Of a stretch of 64,000 nucleotides of DNA, positions 49,583-59,610 are shown piece after piece. Numbering within the stretch: the first letter of the stretch is position 1; every line of letters begins with the position of its first letter. Under the pieces are notes generated by a model. That model had not been told where the DNA came from. It was given only the letters and a program-made list of their open reading frames with translations, and ran no database searches. This DNA is from Thermodesulfobacteriota bacterium (GTDB lineage Bacteria > Desulfobacterota > BSN033 > UBA1163), in NCBI GenBank assembly GCA_036769565.1, contig DAIPKW010000004.1, forward strand, positions 3,669 through 67,668. Reading direction: 5' to 3'. The position numbers and the translations under genes were made by a program.

Positions 49583-50986
49583 TTAGGACTCGTCCATTGG
49601 GTCCGGTCCCTGATTCAAACCATATTTTTCCAGTCGGTAGCGCATCGATCGAAAATTAATATGGAGTAATTCAGCGGCCTTCTTTTTAATCCCCTTTGTC
49701 CTTTCGAGGGCTTTCAGGAGAAGGGTCTTCTCGATCTCCTCCACCATCTTTTCGAGATCGATCCCTTCATTCGGAATCTCAAGATCCAGAGGGCTTTTGG
49801 GAACCTGAAGTTGTTCTTCAAGGTAGGAATGGATATTCTGGGCGGTCAACTCCTGAGAGGTCTCAAGGGCAACAGCCCTCTCAACGATATTCTGGAGCTC
49901 TCTCACATTTCCAGGATAGTCATATTGGATCAGCATCCGGAGCGCTTCAGGAGTGATATGGGAGATGGGCTTTCCAAGCTCTCCGGAGTATCGCTTTAAA
50001 AAATGGTTGGCCAGGGCCGGAATATCTTCCTTTCGCTCCCGGAGTGGGGGGAGCTTGATCTGAATGACATTGAGTCGGTAGAAGAGGTCTTCTCGAAACA
50101 GTTTCTTTTGAACGGCTTCTTCCAGGTCTTTATTGGTTGCAGAGATGATCCGAACATCGACTCGAATATCTTCCGTTCCTCCCACGCGCTTAAATTCTCG
50201 ATCCTGTAAGACGCGAAGCAATTTGACCTGCATCATTAAGGGAAGCTCACTGATTTCATCCAAAAAGAGCGTTCCCTCATCCGCTAACTCAAACAGCCCC
50301 TTTTTCGTGGTAATGGCATCGGTAAAGGCTCCCTTCATATGGCCAAAGAGTTCGCTCTCGATCAGGGCTTCAGGAATGGCGCCACAGTTTAAGTTAACGA
50401 AGGGTTTCTCCTTACGCGGGCTATTATAGTGAATGGCTTTGGCCACCAGCTCCTTTCCTGTTCCACTCTCACCCGTGATCAAAATGTTGGTTTTGGTAGG
50501 AGCCACCCTCTCCAGAAGGTCATAGAGCTCAAGCATTCTAGGACTCTGGCCAATGATATTTCCATAATGGTATCGATCCCGGACCACCTGTTTGAGCAGG
50601 AGGTTTTCCCTCTGAAGATGCCTCTTCTCCAGAGCATTCTGAATGATCATCTTGATCTCATCGATCTTAAACGGTTTGGTGATATAGTCATAAGCCCCCT
50701 CCTTCATCGCCTTAATGGCCGTATCGGCTGAGGCATACGCAGTAATCATGATCACAATGGTCTCTGGAGAGACCGATTTAATCTTCTTGAGAGCAGAGAG
50801 GCCATCCTGCCTGGGCATTCGGATATCCACGAGGGCCAGATCGAAGATCTCCTTTTCAATCAACTTGATCACCTCTTCACCATTCGAGGCGAGTGTGACC
50901 TTATAGCCCTCCTTTTTGAGCATGATCTCAAGAAATTCCCTCATGCTCTTTTCATCATCCGCGACCAGAATCTTATCTTGAACCAT
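49583..50986 (-). CDS. pilR: sigma-54-dependent response regulator (NtrC family; PilR-like by context)
   Basis: REC domain ('ILVADDE...DLALVDIRMP'), sigma-54 AAA+ core ('GESGTGKE', 'GAFTDA', 'ESELFGH') and a C-terminal Fis-type HTH. It is directly downstream of a PilS-like kinase and the pilBTC genes. Confidence 0.8.
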   Translation of the reverse strand: MVQDKILVADDEKSMREFLEIMLKKEGYKVTLASNGEEVIKLIEKEIFDLALVDIRMPRQDGLSALKKIKSVSPETIVIMITAYASADTAIKAMKEGAYDYITKPFKIDEIKMIIQNALEKRHLQRENLLLKQVVRDRYHYGNIIGQSPRMLELYDLLERVAPTKTNILITGESGTGKELVAKAIHYNSPRKEKPFVNLNCGAIPEALIESELFGHMKGAFTDAITTKKGLFELADEGTLFLDEISELPLMMQVKLLRVLQDREFKRVGGTEDIRVDVRIISATNKDLEEAVQKKLFREDLFYRLNVIQIKLPPLRERKEDIPALANHFLKRYSGELGKPISHITPEALRMLIQYDYPGNVRELQNIVERAVALETSQELTAQNIHSYLEEQLQVPKSPLDLEIPNEGIDLEKMVEEIEKTLLLKALERTKGIKKKAAELLHINFRSMRYRLEKYGLNQGPDPMDES

Positions 50987-51001
50987 TCTCGTCTTCAGTC
51001 C

Positions 51002-52729
51002 TCATTGGGCTTGATGAATATCGGGTTCAGCAGGCAGGAAGATCGTAAAGGTGGACCCTCTGCCCATTTCACTCTCCACCTTGATCCCTCCATTATGGTT
51101 TTCAATAATTTTATGGACGATCGAGAGTCCCAACCCCGTTCCTCCTTCTTTGGTGGAATAGAAAGGCTCAAAGATTTTCTCCTTTTCTTGGGGCGGGATA
51201 CCGTTCCCAGAATCGGCAATGACAATCTTCACCCAAGCCTCTCCAACCCCTGACGAACCTGAAGGAAGGTTTCCTCCCCAAGCCTCCTCGGTCTTCTCAA
51301 CGGAGATCCGAATCTCACCCCTTTCCGGGATGGCCTGAGCGGCATTGATCAGCAGATTCCAAAAGACCTGCCTCATCTGATCCGCATCGATCAAGGCCAA
51401 CATTTCACCGTTGGGTTGGCTTCGGGTAATCTGGAGCCCCTCATGAAAGGCCTGAGAGTGGATGAAGAGCTCAACGGTCTCGTCGAGGATCTTTCCAACC
51501 TCCCAAAGCGATCGTCTCATTTGAGGAGGATGAGCGAAGTAGAGGAAGTCAGTGATCAATGAATTGAGTCGTTCCGACTCTCTGAGCGTGATCTCCATCA
51601 AATGGTTCTGTTGTGGGTCGAGGTGAAGCTCCGACTTTAACATCTGGATGGCACCGCTCAGCGATGCAAGAGGGTTTCGAATCTCATGGGCCATCCCCGC
51701 TGCCAAGGAACCAATGGCAGCCATTCGGTCATGTCGCTTCATCTGTTCTTCCATCTCTTTAACCCGGGTGATGTCCTGAAAGATGAGGGTATGTCCGATC
51801 AAATCCCCTTTGGGATCGGTCAGAGGAGAGATGGAAAACCCTAAGTAGAAAGACCCATCGTGAGGGGTGGGAAGACGGGCCTCGTAACGCTGGTAATCGG
51901 TTGGAAGACTCGGTTTTCGTTTCATTTCCTCGATAACCCTGCTGATCTCGGGGAAAAGACCGTCTATAGAAAGACCTCTCAATTCAATTCCCTTCCGGTT
52001 TAGGATCTTTTCTGCGGTACGGTTGAGGAAATTGATCCGTCCATCCAGATCAATAGTGAGCAGACCACTGTCGAGGCTATTCACGATATTCCGGTTGAAG
52101 ATCTCAAGTTGATCATAATCTGCCTGTTTCTGAATCAGTTCGCCCTTTTTCTTCTTTAATTCCTCAGAGATCATACTGCTCAGAAAGGCGACGATATAAT
52201 AGGCGGCTAAATAGATGACCAGGGAGTAAAAGATCTGACTGGCCTCAGGCGGATCGAGCTGACCTGGGAGACGGACCCACTCATAGAGTTGAAACAGAAG
52301 GATCAGACCATAAAGAAAGGTGGAGAGGGATGCTGAATAGAAAGCTCCCCGCTTGTAGAAGAGGATACTGCAGCCGATGATCGAGAAGATGTAAACGATC
52401 GGGAAGAAGCTCTCCTTTCCGCCCGTATAGTAGATGAGACCTGCAATGAAAAGATGGTCAATGGCGATCTGAACAATCATGAAACGACGAAGATCATTGA
52501 CCCGTTTCAGGAGAAGAACATAGGCGATTGTGAGCAGATAGAAGAGCATGATGAAATAGTAGAATTGGTTGGTGGTCGGAATGAAGAAGTACTTCTTCTC
52601 GTAGATTTGGAAAAGATAGGTAATGGTCAGTAAGAGGGTAAGAATGATTACCCGGCCGAGCATCAATCCCAATACATTTTTATACATTCGTTGTTGGGTG
52701 CTGGCGAGAACGTTAAGATTTGGCCCCAT
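51002..52729 (-). CDS. pilS: sensor histidine kinase with N-terminal multi-TM domain, PAS, HisKA, HATPase (PilS-like)
   Basis: About 6 N-terminal TM helices, a PAS segment and an H-box 'MAHEIRNPLASLSGAIQML'. The ATP-binding N and G boxes are 'NLLINA' and 'GTGLGLSI'. It is paired with the sigma-54 regulator. Confidence 0.75.
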   Translation of the reverse strand: MGPNLNVLASTQQRMYKNVLGLMLGRVIILTLLLTITYLFQIYEKKYFFIPTTNQFYYFIMLFYLLTIAYVLLLKRVNDLRRFMIVQIAIDHLFIAGLIYYTGGKESFFPIVYIFSIIGCSILFYKRGAFYSASLSTFLYGLILLFQLYEWVRLPGQLDPPEASQIFYSLVIYLAAYYIVAFLSSMISEELKKKKGELIQKQADYDQLEIFNRNIVNSLDSGLLTIDLDGRINFLNRTAEKILNRKGIELRGLSIDGLFPEISRVIEEMKRKPSLPTDYQRYEARLPTPHDGSFYLGFSISPLTDPKGDLIGHTLIFQDITRVKEMEEQMKRHDRMAAIGSLAAGMAHEIRNPLASLSGAIQMLKSELHLDPQQNHLMEITLRESERLNSLITDFLYFAHPPQMRRSLWEVGKILDETVELFIHSQAFHEGLQITRSQPNGEMLALIDADQMRQVFWNLLINAAQAIPERGEIRISVEKTEEAWGGNLPSGSSGVGEAWVKIVIADSGNGIPPQEKEKIFEPFYSTKEGGTGLGLSIVHKIIENHNGGIKVESEMGRGSTFTIFLPAEPDIHQAQ

Positions 52730-52841
52730 AGAACTCGATCATTGGTCTTCATTGAGGCTGGCTAATTTCAGTAAGCCCTGTTTGAAAGTTTTTAACTTTC
52801 TAACGGGAAGTTTCACAGCCCAATAGAAGCTCAGCAAGCAA

Positions 52842-54047
52842 TTACCCAACGGCCGATGCCATCTGAAAGATCGGTAGATACATGGCAATGACAACTCCTC
52901 CGATCACGACTCCCAGAAAGATCATCAGAAAAGGTTCGAGAAGGGAGGTCATATTGCCTACAGCCACGTCAACCTCTTCTTCGTAGAAATCGGCGATCTT
53001 TGCCAACATGGAGTCCAAGGCGCCTGTCGATTCTCCTACGGAGATCATCTGGATGACCATGGGTGGAAAGATCCCACTGCGGCCCAAAGGCTCAGAAATG
53101 GTTTCGCCCTCTCGGATGCTTGCCCTTGCTTCGAGTATGGCTGTCTCAATTGTCCGATTTCCGGCTGTCTTCGAAACGATCATGAGCCCGTCAAGGATGG
53201 GAACGCCACTGCTGACGAGTGTCCCAAGGGTCCTTGAAAATCGGGCTACGGCAACTTTTTTAAGAAGCATTCCGAAGACAGGCAGCTTCAGAAGAAGGGG
53301 ATCGACGATCGTCTTTCCTGCCTCGGTCTTATAAAACTTCCGGAAAAGATAGACCAAGAGAATCGCCAAAGGAATAAGGACGATGATATATTTTTTGATA
53401 AATTTGCTTAGGGTGAGAACGATAAGGGTCGGTAGTGGAAGCGACTGACCAGCGGATTTGAACATCGTCTCAAAGACAGGGATGACGAAGATCATCAAGA
53501 TCATCACCACCATCACCGCAACCGTCACGATGATGCCAGGATAGATCAGGGCGCCCTTAACTTTCTTTTTTAAGGCTTCTGCCTTTTCAATGTAGTTGGC
53601 CAATCGGAGCAGAATATTGTCGAGGATTCCACCTTCCTCACCGGCCACCACCAAGTTCGTGTAGAGATCATCGAAAGTGCCGGGATGTTTTTTGAGAGAT
53701 CCGGCAAAGGTGGAACCTCCTTCGACATCCTCTCGTAAATCACGAATGATATTTTTAAAAATCTTGTTCTCCTGTTGGGAGGCGAGGATATCGAGCGATT
53801 GGACCAGAGGTAATCCGGCATCAATCATCGTTGCCAATTGACGGGTGAAGATGGCGACGAGTCGCTGCTTCACCTTCTTACCAAATGGCAGGGAAATCTT
53901 AACCGCTCTTCCTTTGGCCGTGATTTTGGTGGGAATAATGTTCTGTTGGTGAAGTTGGATGCGGATGGCAGCCTCGCTCGGAGCTTCCATCTCTCCCTTT
54001 TTGATCAATCCCTTGCCTGTTTTCCCTTCCCATTGGTAGATTGGCAT
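52842..54047 (-). CDS. pilC: type IV pilus assembly platform protein PilC (GspF family)
   Basis: 401 aa with two T2SSF repeats and 3 TM helices. It sits in a pilB-pilT-pilC operon. Confidence 0.9.
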   Translation of the reverse strand: MPIYQWEGKTGKGLIKKGEMEAPSEAAIRIQLHQQNIIPTKITAKGRAVKISLPFGKKVKQRLVAIFTRQLATMIDAGLPLVQSLDILASQQENKIFKNIIRDLREDVEGGSTFAGSLKKHPGTFDDLYTNLVVAGEEGGILDNILLRLANYIEKAEALKKKVKGALIYPGIIVTVAVMVVMILMIFVIPVFETMFKSAGQSLPLPTLIVLTLSKFIKKYIIVLIPLAILLVYLFRKFYKTEAGKTIVDPLLLKLPVFGMLLKKVAVARFSRTLGTLVSSGVPILDGLMIVSKTAGNRTIETAILEARASIREGETISEPLGRSGIFPPMVIQMISVGESTGALDSMLAKIADFYEEEVDVAVGNMTSLLEPFLMIFLGVVIGGVVIAMYLPIFQMASAVG

Positions 54048-54073
54048 AATCCCTCCCCTTCCCCTATCTCCGT

Positions 54074-55174
54074 TTAAATGACCTGTTTCCCAATCTTTCT
54101 ATAGGGGATATTCGCATTGGTTAGCATCTGATAGAACTCTTCCAAGTTATGGCTTCGGTCGATGGCGTCTTCCACAGAGATGAGATGGCGTTCGACAAGG
54201 GCGAGGAGTGCCTGGTTCATGGTCTGCATACCGAATTTTGACTGACCGACCTGCATCTGGGAGTAGATCTGTTGAACTTTGTCCTCACGGATCAGGTTTC
54301 GAATGGCAGCGGTTGGGATCATCAACTCCATGGCCATGACACGACCTTTCCCACGCATTCTTGGAATGAGCTGTTGGGACATAACTCCCTCAAGGACGAA
54401 GGAGAGCTGTGTCCGCACCTGTTGTTGTTGATGAGGAGGAAAGACGTCAATGATCCGGTTGATCGTCTCGACGCAGGAATTCGTATGGAGCGTTGCAAAG
54501 GTGAGATGGCCTGTCTCTGCGGTGAGGAGGGCGGCCTGAATCGTCTCAAGATCCCTCATTTCGCCGATGAGGATAATATCGGGATCCTGACGCAGAATAT
54601 GCTTAAGGGCATAGCCAAAACCTTTTGTATCGGAGTAAATCTCCCTCTGATTGACGATGGAATTTTTATGGCGATGGATATATTCAATCGGATCTTCGAT
54701 CGTCACAATATGGGCGTTCCGATCATTATTGATCTTGTCGATCATGGCTGCAAGGGTGGTCGATTTTCCCGAACCCGTAGGGCCTGTTACGAGAACGAGG
54801 CCCTTGGGTCTCTTAATCAACTCATTCACAGCAGGTGGAATTCCAAGTTCATGGAAGTTGAGGATATTGAATGGGATGGCACGGAAGACGCCCGCCACAG
54901 CTCCCCTCTGCATAAAGATATTTCCACGGAAACGGCTTAACCCTTTTATGCCAAAAGAGAAATCTAACTCTATCTCTTCCTCGAACGTGTGGCGCTGGGC
55001 ATCGGTCAGAACGCTGTAGCAGAGCCTTTTCGTATCGGTAGGGGTAAGGATAGTATTATCGAAGCTCACCAGCTTTCCGTCAATCCTGAACTTTGGTGGG
55101 ACGCCTGTTGTAATGTGCAAATCAGAGGCCTTCTTTTCGATCATCGTTTCAAGCAGTTTCTCTAACTCGATCAT
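54074..55174 (-). CDS. pilT: type IV pilus retraction ATPase PilT
   Basis: Walker A 'GPTGSGKST', the 'AIRNLIREDKVQQIYS' PilT signature and 366 aa. Confidence 0.9.
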   Translation of the reverse strand: MIELEKLLETMIEKKASDLHITTGVPPKFRIDGKLVSFDNTILTPTDTKRLCYSVLTDAQRHTFEEEIELDFSFGIKGLSRFRGNIFMQRGAVAGVFRAIPFNILNFHELGIPPAVNELIKRPKGLVLVTGPTGSGKSTTLAAMIDKINNDRNAHIVTIEDPIEYIHRHKNSIVNQREIYSDTKGFGYALKHILRQDPDIILIGEMRDLETIQAALLTAETGHLTFATLHTNSCVETINRIIDVFPPHQQQQVRTQLSFVLEGVMSQQLIPRMRGKGRVMAMELMIPTAAIRNLIREDKVQQIYSQMQVGQSKFGMQTMNQALLALVERHLISVEDAIDRSHNLEEFYQMLTNANIPYRKIGKQVI

Positions 55175-55205
55175 AGTGGTCCTCTACTTCCTTTCCTTGT
55201 TGAAA

Positions 55206-56999
55206 TTATCGATCGTCCACGGTTGATCTGAAGACTTCTTCAATGGAAGTCAGCCCATCTCGGATCTTGATGATTCCGCTCTGCCTCAAGGTCTTCATGC
55301 CCAAACGGATGGCCTCTTTCTTTATTTCCGAAGTGGATGCTCGGGCCAAGATCAGTTCTTTGATCTCATCCTTAATGGCCATGACCTCATAGAGCCCGAC
55401 CCGACCTTTATAGCCTGTATTGTTGCAAATGGGACATCCTTTTCCTTTGTAAACTTGAAAGGTTTTTACCTCGTCTGGCGCAACCCCAAGATCGATCAGT
55501 AGCTGGGGGTGAACCTTGATCGGTTCCCGACACTCTGTGCAGATTTTACGGACCAATCTCTGAGCCAGGATGAGGATGACAGCAGATGAGATCAAAAAGG
55601 GTTCAATACCCATATCAATCAATCGGGTTATGGTGCCCGGTGCATCATTGGTGTGAACGGTGCTAAGAACGAGGTGGCCAGTCAGGGCTGCTTGGACAGC
55701 AATCTGGGCGGTCTCAAAATCTCGGATCTCGCCTACCATGATGATATCCGGGTCCTGTCGGAGAAAGGACCTCAGGGCTGATGCGAAGGTGAGTCCGATC
55801 TCCTCATGCATCTGAACCTGATTGATTCCCATAAAATTATACTCAACAGGATCTTCAGCAGTGGTGATATTCTCCGTCTCTTTATTCAATTCAGATAGCG
55901 CTGAATAGAGGGTGGTCGTCTTTCCACTTCCTGTAGGTCCTGTGACGAGAATCATCCCCACGGGTTTTCGAAGGGCATTTTTAAAATCTTCAAGAGACGA
56001 TTCTTCGAATCCCAGTTTGGTCATGTCCAATTGCAAGGCCGATTTGTCCAGAAGACGGAGCACGACCTTTTCTCCAAAAAGGACAGGGACCGTAGAGACC
56101 CGGAAGTCCATCTCCCGGCCTTTGCCGAGGCGCATTTTGATCCGGCCGTCCTGTGGAAGACGCCTTTCTGCAATATCGAGCTTGGCCATGATTTTTAGAC
56201 GGGAGACGAGGGCATTTTTAATCTGTATTGGAAGGGTCATCTCTCGCCTCAGAACACCATCAACACGATAACGGACCCGGAAAGTCCTCTCATAAGGTTC
56301 GAAGTGGATGTCGCTTGCACCCAATTTGATCGCCTTGATCAGTATTCCGTTGACGATCTTGATGATCGGCCCTCCGATCTCATCCGTTGCATCTTCCGCT
56401 TGAGTTTCGACAACCTCAACATTATCAATCGCTCCTTGGACCAACTTGTCAAATTCATCGACATCGACCAGAGTGCTGTCCATGAGATCAAAATCAGCAT
56501 CCGTAGATTTATCATCATCCAAAGTATAATCTTTGGCATTGATGGTTGCGGTGCCCATTGAGGCTGTAGCCCCTCCACCGCTGTAATATTTTTTAATGGC
56601 ATCAACGATTTCTGTTTCCGAGGCAACTACCGGCTCGACATTGAACCCGGTCATAAACTTGATCTCATCGATGACGAAGATATTGCTTGGATCCGCCATG
56701 GCCAAGGTCAGTTTGGGGCCTACTCGGTTGATTGGGAAGATATAATATTTTTTGGCCATGCTTGACGGGATCAACTTAATGACATTGGGGTTGATTTCGA
56801 GTTTGGAGATTTTTACAGATGGGACTCGGTACTGAGCGCTCAGGAAGGCGAGGAGTTCATCCTCCTTAATAAAGCCCAACTTGATCAGGTTAGATTCTAA
56901 GCGGCCTCCTTTCAATTTCTGTTCATCCTGTACCTTTTTTAGCTGATCAGGAGTAATAATGTTTCGCTTAATGAGGAGGTCGGCTAATCGTTCTGACAT
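55206..56999 (-). CDS. pilB: type IV pilus assembly ATPase PilB (GspE family)
   Basis: N-terminal T2SSE_N domain, Walker A 'GPTGSGKTT', the tetracysteine 'CTEC...CPIC' motif and 597 aa. Confidence 0.9.
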   Translation of the reverse strand: MSERLADLLIKRNIITPDQLKKVQDEQKLKGGRLESNLIKLGFIKEDELLAFLSAQYRVPSVKISKLEINPNVIKLIPSSMAKKYYIFPINRVGPKLTLAMADPSNIFVIDEIKFMTGFNVEPVVASETEIVDAIKKYYSGGGATASMGTATINAKDYTLDDDKSTDADFDLMDSTLVDVDEFDKLVQGAIDNVEVVETQAEDATDEIGGPIIKIVNGILIKAIKLGASDIHFEPYERTFRVRYRVDGVLRREMTLPIQIKNALVSRLKIMAKLDIAERRLPQDGRIKMRLGKGREMDFRVSTVPVLFGEKVVLRLLDKSALQLDMTKLGFEESSLEDFKNALRKPVGMILVTGPTGSGKTTTLYSALSELNKETENITTAEDPVEYNFMGINQVQMHEEIGLTFASALRSFLRQDPDIIMVGEIRDFETAQIAVQAALTGHLVLSTVHTNDAPGTITRLIDMGIEPFLISSAVILILAQRLVRKICTECREPIKVHPQLLIDLGVAPDEVKTFQVYKGKGCPICNNTGYKGRVGLYEVMAIKDEIKELILARASTSEIKKEAIRLGMKTLRQSGIIKIRDGLTSIEEVFRSTVDDR

Positions 57000-57178
57000 G
57001 GTTAACTACCTCGTAATAGAACTCCAATCATCTCATTTGTTCAACACAGATCGCCCTATTACCTTCATCTACTAAGACAAGCCATTTAAAATAAGGGGGA
57101 TCTCCTTTCTATCAATTAAATCTTACTGTTTGATCAGGTCCTTCATTCTTTAAAGGATGCCCAGATTCTACCCCTGTG

Positions 57179-58642
57179 TCAAATTGAGGGTAATCGCACG
57201 ATAAAAGAACTTCCCTTTCCAGGTTCGCTTTGGACAGTAATCTCACCTTGATGGGCCTCGACAATCCACTTGCAGATGCTGAGCCCGAGACCACTTCCTC
57301 CTTGTTCCCTTGAACGAGCCTTATCCACCCTGAAAAACCGATTAAAGATCTTTTCCTGATCCTCTTTGGCTATACCAATTCCCGTATCTGCGACTATTAT
57401 CTTAGCAAAATGATTAGCTCTTTTTCCATTAGAAGTCAAGGGGGTATGAGATTCACCTATCTCTTTTGTCAGAGTGATGAGCACACTTCCCCCTTCTTCG
57501 GTGTATTTAATTCCATTTTCGATCAAATTAATAAAGAGCTCTCGCATCCTGAGGGCGTCACCAAGGATATGAATCTCTTCCATGTCTTCTGCTTGGTGAT
57601 TGTTCATTTCGATTCGAATATTCTTAGGCTGGGCCAGTATCTTCATCTGTTCCACCAGTCCTGCCATGAACCGTGTCAAATTGATATCTTCTCTGTTCAA
57701 TTGGATTTCACCGATATCTGCCTTGGAAAGCAAGAGAAGGTCTTCTACGATTTTTGACATTCGATTGATCTCTTCCAGATTGCTCTCCAGAATCTGTTCG
57801 TATTCGTGGGGTAACCGCTTTTTTCGGAGGGCAACCTCCACCTCTCCCTTCAGGATGGTTAGAGGCGTCTTTAATTCATGGGATGCATCGGTGGTGAATT
57901 GTTTAATCTGACGGAAAGACTGATCTAAACGTGAGATCATCTCATTGAACGTGTCAATCAACCTGGATATCTCGTCCTTGACCTTAAGGGTCTGTATCCT
58001 CTGGTTCAGATTCTGCGAGGTGATCATGCGGGCTGTCTGGGTAATCCGATCGACCGGTTTCAAGGCCTTGTTGGCCAAAAAGAGCCCTCCCAAACTGGCG
58101 ATCATGAGGATCGACGGCACGGTAATGGCCAGAATGGTCAGAAGTTTTGCGAGCGCATCCTCAACGTCTTCGAGAGAGGAGGCCACCTGAATGATCTTCG
58201 TCACCTGGGAATTCTCTTTGACCGGATAGGTGATGATGCGCAGGGGAGTGTTTCCAACGGAGTGGTTGGTCTCGTAAGTGATGAAACCTTTTGAGGCGTT
58301 TCGGAGAGCGTTGAGGCTGATCGGAAGTTGAATGCCCTTCAAGTTTTCTGATTTTCGACCAATTCTTCCCGATTCGTCCAGAACCTGGATGAATTTTCCA
58401 ATCGGTTTCAAATTCATAGAAGCTTCAAGGGCTTGATCGATGCTTCCTAACCCGAATTTGAAAAATGGGGAGGACGACTCTGAAGCGATCAGCTCGGCAA
58501 GAGATCTCAATTTTTGATCCACATCACGATAGAGGCTCCTCGAAAGGGTGATGTATAATAGTGCGCTGAAAGAGATCAATAAAACGCCCAAGATGAGGAC
58601 ATACCATAGAGTGAGTTTAAAACGGAGGCTTTTAAAATCCAT
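57179..58642 (-). CDS. two-component sensor histidine kinase (periplasmic sensor, HAMP, HisKA, HATPase_c)
   Basis: Two TM helices flank a periplasmic sensor domain of about 140 aa. HAMP, H-box 'DASHELKTPLT' and G-box 'GGSGLGLSI' follow. Confidence 0.85.
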   Translation of the reverse strand: MDFKSLRFKLTLWYVLILGVLLISFSALLYITLSRSLYRDVDQKLRSLAELIASESSSPFFKFGLGSIDQALEASMNLKPIGKFIQVLDESGRIGRKSENLKGIQLPISLNALRNASKGFITYETNHSVGNTPLRIITYPVKENSQVTKIIQVASSLEDVEDALAKLLTILAITVPSILMIASLGGLFLANKALKPVDRITQTARMITSQNLNQRIQTLKVKDEISRLIDTFNEMISRLDQSFRQIKQFTTDASHELKTPLTILKGEVEVALRKKRLPHEYEQILESNLEEINRMSKIVEDLLLLSKADIGEIQLNREDINLTRFMAGLVEQMKILAQPKNIRIEMNNHQAEDMEEIHILGDALRMRELFINLIENGIKYTEEGGSVLITLTKEIGESHTPLTSNGKRANHFAKIIVADTGIGIAKEDQEKIFNRFFRVDKARSREQGGSGLGLSICKWIVEAHQGEITVQSEPGKGSSFIVRLPSI

Positions 58643-58717
58643 CTCTTTCCTTTAAGCGGGTCTGGAATTGCCCCTTTTTATGCAACGTTCGTTCTGCTCC
58701 ATTGTCTTATTATTGGT

Positions 58718-59395
58718 TTATGGTCTATTCGCAGTGAGAATATATCCAACCCCCCGAATCGTGTGGATCAGTTTTGTTTCAAATCCTTTATCGATCTTTT
58801 TTCTGAGATAGTTGACATAAACGTCTACGACGTTTGTCATAGAGTCAAATCGATAGTCCCAGACATGTTCAGAAATCATGGTCCGCGTTAACACCTTGTT
58901 CGGATTTCTCATGAAGTACTCTAATAATGCATACTCTTTGCTGGTAAGTTCAATCTCTTTTCCTCCTCTGGTCACCTTATGAGTTACTGGAGATAAGGTG
59001 AGATCTGCTAAATTTAGTTGGGGCTCGGCATCGGCTCTCTCCCGGCGTAATAGGGCACGCACACGAGCCAAAAATACTTTAAATTCAAAGGGTTTGGTTA
59101 GGTAGTCGTCGCATCCCGAATCAAGCCCTTTTACAATATCTTCAGCGGTGTCCTTGGCGGTAACGACCAATATGGGAACGTTGTTTTTATTGCTCCGTAT
59201 TCTCTTTAAGACCTCCAGACCTTCAATCTTGGGAATCATCAGGTCGAGTACAATGAGATCGTACTCATTCACTTCGGCCATAAAGAGTCCCGACTCCCCA
59301 TCGAAAGCTGTATCCACGGCATAGTGCTCCTCCTCTAAGCCTTTCTTAATAAAATTGGCAACTTTTATCTCGTCCTCAATGACCAAGATCCTCAT
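58718..59395 (-). CDS. OmpR/PhoB-family response regulator
   Basis: REC domain 'RILVIEDE...DLIVLDLMIP' plus a winged-helix C-terminus, 225 aa, immediately upstream of the kinase. Confidence 0.9.
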   Translation of the reverse strand: MRILVIEDEIKVANFIKKGLEEEHYAVDTAFDGESGLFMAEVNEYDLIVLDLMIPKIEGLEVLKRIRSNKNNVPILVVTAKDTAEDIVKGLDSGCDDYLTKPFEFKVFLARVRALLRRERADAEPQLNLADLTLSPVTHKVTRGGKEIELTSKEYALLEYFMRNPNKVLTRTMISEHVWDYRFDSMTNVVDVYVNYLRKKIDKGFETKLIHTIRGVGYILTANRP

Positions 59396-59548
59396 TCTTA
59401 AACCCCTGCCTTTTGACCCCCCTTTTATATAGCATTATAAATTTAACAGAAAAAAATGCAATATTTAATTGATGACGAGAGATTTCAGAAAAATTCAAGA
59501 AATCATCAAGGGCAAAGGTCATTTTTTTCGGAGATCTCACGGAGAAAG

Positions 59549-59579
59549 GTTGACACCTTGCCATTAACTTTGTTAGCAT
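59549..59579 (+). promoter_or_regulatory. putative sigma-70 promoter (TTGACA ... TTAGCAT) upstream of C-N hydrolase gene
   Basis: TTGACA at 59549-59554 and tagcat at 59574-59579, about 30 nt upstream of the TTG start. Confidence 0.35.
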
Positions 59580-59610
59580 TTCAGAAATTTTTAAACCGGA
59601 GAGATGACCA

